NCBI GenBank assembly: GCA_046598045.1
Contig: JBKJJJ010000073.1
Location: forward strand, 1 to 21,050
Direction of reading: 5' to 3'
Source: Candidatus Eiseniibacteriota bacterium
GTDB lineage: Bacteria > Eisenbacteria > RBG-16-71-46 > DASYSL01
Length of the DNA: 21,050 bases
Positions 1-6,227 of the stretch are shown here, in pieces (position 1 is the stretch's first letter; each line of letters opens with the position of its first letter). The notes beneath the pieces were generated by a model, which worked only from the letters and a program-made list of their open reading frames with translations, made no database searches and had not been told where the DNA came from. Made by a program: the position numbers and the translations under genes.

Positions 1-183
1 GTCGCGAACCTCACCCGCAAGGGTGTCGAAGGTCCGAACAACATCGTCTGGAACGGTGAGATGTCGAACGGTGCGAAGGCCACGGCTGGCGTGTACTTCT
101 ATGCCGTCGATGGCATCGACTTCGTGAAGAACTCGTCGAAGGCTCAGAAGATGATCCTTCTCGGCGCGAACGCCGCGGAGTAA
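1..183 (+). CDS. 3' end (5'-truncated) of a secreted protein ending in a FlgD-Ig / T9SS-CTD-like domain
   Basis: Not in the ORF track. Frame 1 reads VANLTRKGVEGPNNIVWNGEMSNGAKATAGVYFYAVDGIDFVKNSSKAQKMILLGANAAE-TAA(181-183). The pattern G-x-N-x-I-x-W-N-G...G...AGVYFY...K-M-I-L-L matches the FlgD_ig/CTD consensus. A terminator follows directly. Confidence 0.85.
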   Translation, partial: VANLTRKGVEGPNNIVWNGEMSNGAKATAGVYFYAVDGIDFVKNSSKAQKMILLGANAAE

Positions 184-203
184 GCAGTTCAGACGCAGCA
201 GAA

Positions 204-279
204 GGGCGGGGGGCGCAAGCCCCCCGCTCGGTTCTGGGGCCGGCCCGTCTCTCGCGAGACGGGCCGGTTCCTTTTTCCG
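204..279 (+). terminator. Tandem hairpins; the second is a Rho-independent terminator
   Basis: Hairpin 1 is GCGGGGGGC(206-214)-GCAA-GCCCCCCGC(219-227), a perfect 9-bp stem with a GNRA loop. Hairpin 2 is CCGGCCCGTCTC(240-251)-TCGC-GAGACGGGCCGG(256-267), a perfect 12-bp stem followed by TTCCTTTTT. Confidence 0.85.
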
Positions 280-445
280 CTGGACGGGTCGATCGCCAGA
301 CCGCAAAGTGCGCGCTCTCCCGGCTCAATCCGGCGGTCCTTGCGGGCCCCGGGATCCGAGGAAATCACTTGGGTTTGGGCCCGGCCCCGGGCCGGAGGGA
401 ACCGGGCAAATTCCACGTTCGCCGCGGTTTCCGGGGCTTGCGCGC

Positions 446-475
446 TTGACACCAGCTTTGCCCGATTGTTATCGT
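446..475 (+). promoter_or_regulatory. Sigma70-type promoter with extended -10
   Basis: Perfect TTGACA (446-451), 18-bp spacer, TG at 467-468 and TATCGT (470-475). It lies about 50 bp upstream of the ATG at 523, which has GGAGGA at 511-516. Confidence 0.7.
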
Positions 476-522
476 CCTGTCACACCGGGAACAAACTGAG
501 CACGAGCATCGGAGGACGCTGC

Positions 523-2514
523 ATGCGTTGGAGCGCAGGGGTTTTTATTGCCGTCAGCTTGATCCTGGTCGCAGGTGCTGGTTGCCGCAAGATTCCCACC
601 GAGAATACGGATCGCAATCGAGCGCCCGAGACCTACCTCTCGGCAGCGCCGATCGATAGCATCGGCGGCGGCGGCCTCTCCCGCATTCCGAATCGCTATC
701 GCGCGCAGTGGTCCGGCGCCGACACGGACGGCGAAATCGCCGGCTTTTTCGTCGCGGTCACCGAGACCACGGTCGACATCGTGACCGGCCGGCCCTTCCG
801 GCTGCCGCCTCCCCGGCCTTCCGATTACCGGTTCACGACCGCGCGCGAGAGCCTGTTCACGTTCGACGTGCTCGAGGGCCGCGGCACCGATCGCGAGCAC
901 GCCCTCTACGTCTTCGCGGTCGACAACCAGGGCAAGGTCGATCCCACGCCCGCGGTGACGCACTTCGTCGCCCGCGACCAGCACCTGCCCCGGGTCCGCT
1001 TCCTCGTGGCCGAGGGGATCGGGACGGTCTACCTGCTCAACGCCGGGGGAGGTGGCGTCACGCCCCAGGCGTTCTTGCGAACCCTTCGGGACTCGCTGGA
1101 GCTGCCGCAGCACGCCCCGATCGACACGATCCCGTCGGGCGGCTCGGTCCACTTCGAGTGGCAGGGCTTCGACGAGGACTTCGGCTCGCGCATCACCGGG
1201 TACCTGTACAAGCTCATCGAGACCGAGTTCATCCGCGCCGACTCGAGCGTGACCAGCGTCGACTATGGGACGCCGTTTTCGCCGACGCCCGGGCGGATCC
1301 CGATCGGGCTCAACACGTTCCGCATCCGCGCAATCGACGAGGCCGGCGGCTCCACCCAGCCGGACGCCGTGCGCATCTTCTTCGTGAATTTCAGCCCGGA
1401 CTCGTGGTTCTCGGGGCCCGATCCGAACGACCCCGCGCTTGCGGGGAAGCTGTCCACGGACGAGAACGGGACGTACTTCGAGACCTTGCAGGGCCCGCCC
1501 GCGGATGCGTGGGGCCGTCCGGTGGACTTCCCCGGCAACCCGATGACCGACACGCTCAACCTGTTGCCGGCGGAGCGCCCGGTCACCGACGGCCTCCAGG
1601 GCCGGGTCAAGACGATCATGGAGCAGCGCACGCTGCTCGACCGCACGGTGCGCGACTACATCCGCAATGAGGACGACACGGTGTCTTACGGCGCGCTGCT
1701 GGTGGCGCGCTTCGGCGGCTCGGACAAGGACTCGCCCTACAGCGTCCGGGGCGGCGATCCCGACAGCGCGTCCAGGCTCTACCGCTCCGGGCCGGCGAAC
1801 GGATCCCCGGTGGCGTTCCAGGCCCGCGTCGTGACGCAGTTCGCGAACGGCGGAGCCGAGGAGCCGCCGTTCTCGACCGCGTTCCCGAACGTCGACGTGC
1901 TCGATCCGCTGAACAACCGCTCGGTCCTGTTCACCGTCGACCAGGTCGACAACACCGGGCGGTCCTACATGCAGGTGCGTGCCGTGGACGGCGACCGCAC
2001 GAGCGACATCCGCATCGGCGACGTCGTGCGCGACGCCGCCCAGTTCGAGCGCGACGGCAACCCCCTGCGCTCGAAGATCTTCACGTTCTACACGAATTTC
2101 AAGCCGGGCTTGCAGTTGATCTCGCCGACGTCCGGCGCGGTGCTCGACCCGGCAGGGGACCGCTTCACGCTCACGGTTCGCTGCTCGGATCCGGATCCGG
2201 ACCCGTCCAACCCGCGCCAGGGGGCATCGCTCTACAACACGATGTACTTCGCGGTCCGGGCGCGCATCTACGCCGCCGCGGACACGCCGGGCCCCGAGCA
2301 GGGCTGGCAGGATCCCGTGCTCGGCTATTACGTGCCGGACCCGGATCCCCTGTTCTTCCCCTATTCGCTCCCGATCAATCTCGAAGTTGTCGCTCCAGGC
2401 GACCTCGCCACCGGTCCCGCCACGCTGGAGATCGAGGTCGTCGACAACATCGCTCGCTCGAAGGGGCGAATCATCAGGGTTCAGGTACCGGTGTTCTGGA
2501 GGGTCGGGCCGTGA
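523..2514 (+). CDS. Large lipoprotein (663 aa) with about 4 Ig/FnIII-like repeats; function unknown (lipoprotein A)
   Basis: Start moved from 340 to ATG 523 (SD GGAGGA 511-516). Signal peptide II reads MRWSAGVFIAVSLILVAGAG-C. A module motif recurs: WSGADTDG...YVFAVDNQGKVDPTPA, WQGFDEDFG...FRIRAIDEAG, FGGSDKDS...MQVRAVDGD, VRCSDPDP...IEVVDN. Confidence 0.8.
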   Translation: MRWSAGVFIAVSLILVAGAGCRKIPTENTDRNRAPETYLSAAPIDSIGGGGLSRIPNRYRAQWSGADTDGEIAGFFVAVTETTVDIVTGRPFRLPPPRPSDYRFTTARESLFTFDVLEGRGTDREHALYVFAVDNQGKVDPTPAVTHFVARDQHLPRVRFLVAEGIGTVYLLNAGGGGVTPQAFLRTLRDSLELPQHAPIDTIPSGGSVHFEWQGFDEDFGSRITGYLYKLIETEFIRADSSVTSVDYGTPFSPTPGRIPIGLNTFRIRAIDEAGGSTQPDAVRIFFVNFSPDSWFSGPDPNDPALAGKLSTDENGTYFETLQGPPADAWGRPVDFPGNPMTDTLNLLPAERPVTDGLQGRVKTIMEQRTLLDRTVRDYIRNEDDTVSYGALLVARFGGSDKDSPYSVRGGDPDSASRLYRSGPANGSPVAFQARVVTQFANGGAEEPPFSTAFPNVDVLDPLNNRSVLFTVDQVDNTGRSYMQVRAVDGDRTSDIRIGDVVRDAAQFERDGNPLRSKIFTFYTNFKPGLQLISPTSGAVLDPAGDRFTLTVRCSDPDPDPSNPRQGASLYNTMYFAVRARIYAAADTPGPEQGWQDPVLGYYVPDPDPLFFPYSLPINLEVVAPGDLATGPATLEIEVVDNIARSKGRIIRVQVPVFWRVGP

Positions 2515-2555
2515 CGCCTACGGCGCGGCTCTCCGCGCGAAAGGAATGGGGCGGC

Positions 2556-5015
2556 ATGTTCGGACGTGCATCGTGGGCCGTGGCGGCGGCGCTGGCGATC
2601 TTCGTGGTCGCACTGGCCGGTTGCGGCAAGAGCAGCAATGGGACCTTGATCCCGAATCTCAGGCCGCAAATCAGCCTCTCGGCCGGACCGATCCAAGGCA
2701 GCGAGGTGTTCTATTCGGTGCGCCTGAACTGGTTTGCGTCGGACGCGGACGGCCAGGTCGTGCGCTACATCTACGCGTCCGACCCGCCCGTGATGGGGGA
2801 CACCACGTGGACCGAGACCCGCTCCAGCGAGATCTCGGTGTTCTTCCGCTCGCCCGGGCCGAATGACCCGTTGCCCCCGGTCGGGACGACGATCATCGCG
2901 CGTGGCTACCACACGTTCGTGGTCAAGGCGATCGACAACGAGGGGGCCGCATCCGCTCCCGCGTCCCTGTCGTTCACGTCGCGCACCACGGCGCCTTCGA
3001 CCCGCATCATCCGGCCGATCCCCACGAGCCAGCAGCCGGTGTCGACGACTCCGTCGCTGACCATCGAGTGGCAGGGCACCGATCCGGACGGCGTGCTGTC
3101 GCAGAAGCCGGTGAAGTACAAGTTCAAGATCGTCGCCGCGGACGTGATCAACCCGGCGAACCCGCTCGGCATCACGCAGCAGCAGGTGCAGGACTACTTC
3201 GGCGCCGACGCGGTCAACTTCTTCGCGACCTGGGACTCGGTCTCGGGCGACACGACCAGCAAGTTCTACGAGGGCCTGACCCCGAAGACGGTCTACTACT
3301 TCGCGATCGTGGCGTTCGACGAGGCGGGCGCGTTCGAGCCGCGGTTCAGTCTCGATTCCAACGTGCTCCAGTTCCGTCCCACGCTCGACAAGCTGGGTCC
3401 GAAGATCACCGTATTCAACGAGTTCTTCCAGAAAACGCAGTTCGCGGGTGGCATCAGCCTGAACCCGTCGCGCATCTATTCGCTCGAATTTCCAGCGGAC
3501 ACACCCATCCGATTCAACTGGTTCGCCACCGCCGACGTGGGGGCGATCATCACCGGATATCGCTGGGCGGTCGACATCGAAGGTCAGGACATCGGCAACG
3601 AGGCGCCGCGGCGGGACGACGGCGACTTCAGCCACTGGAGCAGTTACTCGCTGAACGAGACCAGTGCCACGATCGGGCCGTTCCGCGGCAGCCTGGACTC
3701 GACGATCACGCACTTCTTCTACCTCGAGGCGCGCGACAACCTGGGCTTCGTCTCGCTGTTCACGATCCGCCTGCGCATCGTCAAGCCGAGCTTCGACCGC
3801 TCGCTCCTCGTGGTCGACGACATGTACGGCACGGCGACCGAACAGGACCCGGACACCCGGTCGATCAACTACAAGACGCCATACCCGATGGAGGCGGAGC
3901 AGGACACGTTCTATTACGCCGTCGGCGGCTTCCCCGACTCGATGCGGATCCTGGCGGTGCCGCATTTCGGGTCCGACGTCAGCGAGCCGGGGTGCTTCGC
4001 GGGGTTCGACTACGACACGCTCGACTATCGCTTCTACCCGAACGAGAGCGTCCTGCTCGAGCGCCTTGCGCATTACAGGGTCGTGGTCTGGTACACCGAC
4101 CAGTCCTCGGCCTCGCGCGACGGATCGAAGTTCGGAAGCGTGACGCCGCGGACCGGCATTCGCCTGCTCAACCGCGTCGGCCAGCTCAACACGCTCGCGG
4201 TGTATCTCAAGCAACAGGGCAAGCTGTGGGCGCTGGGCGAGGGCATGACGACCGCGATCGCCAACGGCTACTACAGTCGCATCTCGAACTCGGGATCGCC
4301 GCGGCTGCCCTACACGGCGGGCGAGGACGCCCGCAACGACATCCTGCGCCTGGGAGACTTCCTCTACGACTTCTTCCACCTGCAGTCGGAGTTGAACACG
4401 GCGGGCAACAACCAGACGTCGCTGACGTCGAACCAGCAATTGATCGCGGCGATTCCCTACCTGCCGGAGTTCGCGACGGTCCCGCCCGGTTCGCCGCCGC
4501 CCGCGAATCGTTCGCTCGACCCGCGCATCGGGCCCTCGGCGGCGAAGACCGCGCTGCGCTGGAGCGGCCTGCCGCGGCTGGCGCTGGCGGCATACCGGAC
4601 CTCGAATCCGGATCCGACGCTGCGCAAGATCAACCAGACGTGGGTGATCACGAAGCCGCTGTTCGTCACCGAGGGATCGGGCGCGGCGTTCCGGTCCGTG
4701 CTCGACACGCTCTACCTGTGCCAGGCGAAGCTCTACGACCCGAACCACATCCAGACGCCGCCGAGCGACGGGTTCCCGAACGCAGTCGACTACTACGGCA
4801 GCGATCACGGCGAGGTGGTCTGGTTCGGCTTCTCCCTCTACTTCTTCCCGCTCAGCGATGCCAGGACGGTGACGCGGATCGTGCTGCACAACCTGGGCAT
4901 CGACCCGATCCCTTCGCCCCGCCCGACCGGCGCGAACGCGTTGGTGTCGTCCGCCGCGGAGCGGGGAACGCTCGACTGGGGCGCGACCGCTGCAGACAGG
5001 AGGACGTCCCGTTGA
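2556..5015 (+). CDS. Large lipoprotein (819 aa) with 3 Ig/FnIII-like modules and a C-terminal alpha/beta domain (lipoprotein B1)
   Basis: ATG 2556 with AAGGA at 2541-2545; an alternative GTG at 2511 overlaps the upstream stop (GTGA). Lipobox is LAG-C. Modules: WFASDADG...HTFVVKAIDNEG, WQGTDPDG...FAIVAFDEAG, WFATADVG...FYLEARDNLG. C-terminal domain: LLVVDD...YRVVVWYTD...YLKQQGKLWALG...VVWFGFSLYF. Confidence 0.85.
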   Translation: MFGRASWAVAAALAIFVVALAGCGKSSNGTLIPNLRPQISLSAGPIQGSEVFYSVRLNWFASDADGQVVRYIYASDPPVMGDTTWTETRSSEISVFFRSPGPNDPLPPVGTTIIARGYHTFVVKAIDNEGAASAPASLSFTSRTTAPSTRIIRPIPTSQQPVSTTPSLTIEWQGTDPDGVLSQKPVKYKFKIVAADVINPANPLGITQQQVQDYFGADAVNFFATWDSVSGDTTSKFYEGLTPKTVYYFAIVAFDEAGAFEPRFSLDSNVLQFRPTLDKLGPKITVFNEFFQKTQFAGGISLNPSRIYSLEFPADTPIRFNWFATADVGAIITGYRWAVDIEGQDIGNEAPRRDDGDFSHWSSYSLNETSATIGPFRGSLDSTITHFFYLEARDNLGFVSLFTIRLRIVKPSFDRSLLVVDDMYGTATEQDPDTRSINYKTPYPMEAEQDTFYYAVGGFPDSMRILAVPHFGSDVSEPGCFAGFDYDTLDYRFYPNESVLLERLAHYRVVVWYTDQSSASRDGSKFGSVTPRTGIRLLNRVGQLNTLAVYLKQQGKLWALGEGMTTAIANGYYSRISNSGSPRLPYTAGEDARNDILRLGDFLYDFFHLQSELNTAGNNQTSLTSNQQLIAAIPYLPEFATVPPGSPPPANRSLDPRIGPSAAKTALRWSGLPRLALAAYRTSNPDPTLRKINQTWVITKPLFVTEGSGAAFRSVLDTLYLCQAKLYDPNHIQTPPSDGFPNAVDYYGSDHGEVVWFGFSLYFFPLSDARTVTRIVLHNLGIDPIPSPRPTGANALVSSAAERGTLDWGATAADRRTSR

Positions 5016-6070
5016 GGGAACAACATCGCAACGATGGTCCGCGCGCGGGCGCCCGCGCCTGGCACGCGGCCTTCACCGCTCTCGGCATGATGATCGCGCT
5101 GGGCGGTGCCGCGGGGTCGGCGCACGCGCAGTTGCCGGCCTTCCCTAAGATCTCGTTCCGCGCGTTCGCCGGGCTTCCCTCTGCGTCCGGAGCCGACAGC
5201 ACGGTCAGTCGCAAGGTGACGATTCGCTGGGCCCGCGACCGCACAGCCGAGGCACGTCCGGATTTCGGCGGCTACCGGATCTACCGCCAGGAAACCGTGC
5301 GCGACACGACGAACATGCTGCTCTTGCGCCGGTTCGCAGTGCGTGGGCACAGCTTCGCGGACACGCTGGCGAACGGGCAGCCGATCACGTCGATCTACGC
5401 GCTGCGCGACACGCTGCTGTGGCACTTCCCCGACAACCAGGACACGCTGCAGTTCGTGGACCCGGACTCCTCGGGCAACCTGGTCAAGGTGTGCCGCCGC
5501 GTGGACTTGCGCGGCAACTGCGCGAGCCCCGGGGACTCGGTGTTCAAGCTGGTGCCCCCTGCGGGCCCGCATGACGGCTTCGCGCTCTACTACACGATCG
5601 TCTACGGGTCGGTGGACCAGACGCTGCGCGAGACCGCGGAGATGTTCGTCCCCGATACGCTCGACGCGTATGCGCGCTGCGGCGTTCCGGGCGATCGCTC
5701 GTCGTGCCCGAACCTCAATGGCAAACTCACGAACCTGATGACCTCGCCCGTGTACGTCACCGGTCCGACGACGGCGAACGTCGAGGGCGTGATCGTGATC
5801 CCGAATCCGTACCGCGGCCACGAGCGCTGGGATCAGCCCGGCGAGCATCGCGTGCAGTTCCAGAACCTGCCGGCGAAGGCGCGCGTCCGCGTGTACACGG
5901 TCGCGGGCGACCTGGTGCGCGAGCTGGACAAGGACGACGCGATCTCGGGGAGTCTCGACTGGGACCTCAAGAACGCGAACCAGCAGGATGTGGCCTCGGG
6001 GATCTACGTGTACCACGTCCTCTCGAGCCAGGGCTTCGAGACCAAGGGGCACTTCGTCATCATTCGGTGA
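5012..6070 (+). CDS. Secreted protein (352 aa) with an FnIII-like region and a C-terminal T9SS-CTD/FlgD-Ig-like domain
   Basis: The real gene is the 3' part of ORF 3068..6070. TTG 5012 overlaps the upstream TGA (TTGA) and has AGGAGG at 4998-5003. The Sec signal ends AHA|Q. It contains DFGGYRIYR and ends VIPNPY...VQFQNLPAKARVRVYTVAGDLVREL...WDLKNANQQDVASGIYVYHV...KGHFVIIR. Confidence 0.8.
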   Translation: MREQHRNDGPRAGARAWHAAFTALGMMIALGGAAGSAHAQLPAFPKISFRAFAGLPSASGADSTVSRKVTIRWARDRTAEARPDFGGYRIYRQETVRDTTNMLLLRRFAVRGHSFADTLANGQPITSIYALRDTLLWHFPDNQDTLQFVDPDSSGNLVKVCRRVDLRGNCASPGDSVFKLVPPAGPHDGFALYYTIVYGSVDQTLRETAEMFVPDTLDAYARCGVPGDRSSCPNLNGKLTNLMTSPVYVTGPTTANVEGVIVIPNPYRGHERWDQPGEHRVQFQNLPAKARVRVYTVAGDLVRELDKDDAISGSLDWDLKNANQQDVASGIYVYHVLSSQGFETKGHFVIIR

Positions 6071-6088
6071 GCCTTTCGTTGTGCCGGA

Positions 6089-6120
6089 GATCGGGGCCAC
6101 CGCCCCGGTCGCCGTTGTTG
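6089..6120 (+). terminator. Possible weak terminator hairpin after the CTD-protein gene
   Basis: GATCGGGGC(6089-6097)-CACC-GCCCCGGTC(6102-6110) with one G-U pair, followed by only a broken U tract (GCCGTTGTTG). Confidence 0.35.
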
Positions 6121-6227
6121 CACCGGCCCGTCGACAACCGGGATTGCCGGCGGGAGCTTCGATCATCGGGCGTCCGTGCTCCACGGATCCAATCCCGGGC
6201 CTGCCGTGCCCGACGTAGGGGTTTGCC

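Noticed and set aside
340..522. ORF-track start at 340 for lipoprotein A, and 8727 for the aminotransferase
   Set aside because: These extensions cover the predicted promoters and, for lipoprotein A, would bury the signal peptide. SD-supported starts are at 523 and 8847.
2185..2350. Short CCGGAT/CCGGAC repeats encoding DPDPDP and PDPDP
   Set aside because: They are only 2-3 imperfect units encoding Pro-Asp loops, too short to be a contingency locus.
2481..4889. 802-aa minus-strand ORF, and similar long antisense ORFs (4838..6562, 6711..8039, 8103..9680, 11163..12662, 16646..18904)
   Set aside because: They lie antisense to well-supported genes, are Arg/Ala/Gly-rich with no motifs, and are expected shadows of high-GC codon bias.
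3068..5011. N-terminal 648 codons of the 1000-aa ORF 3068..6070, suggesting a giant overlapping gene
   Set aside because: This is an off-frame read of lipoprotein B1 with low-complexity Arg-rich sequence. A strong SD, TTG and signal peptide at 5012 explain the real gene.
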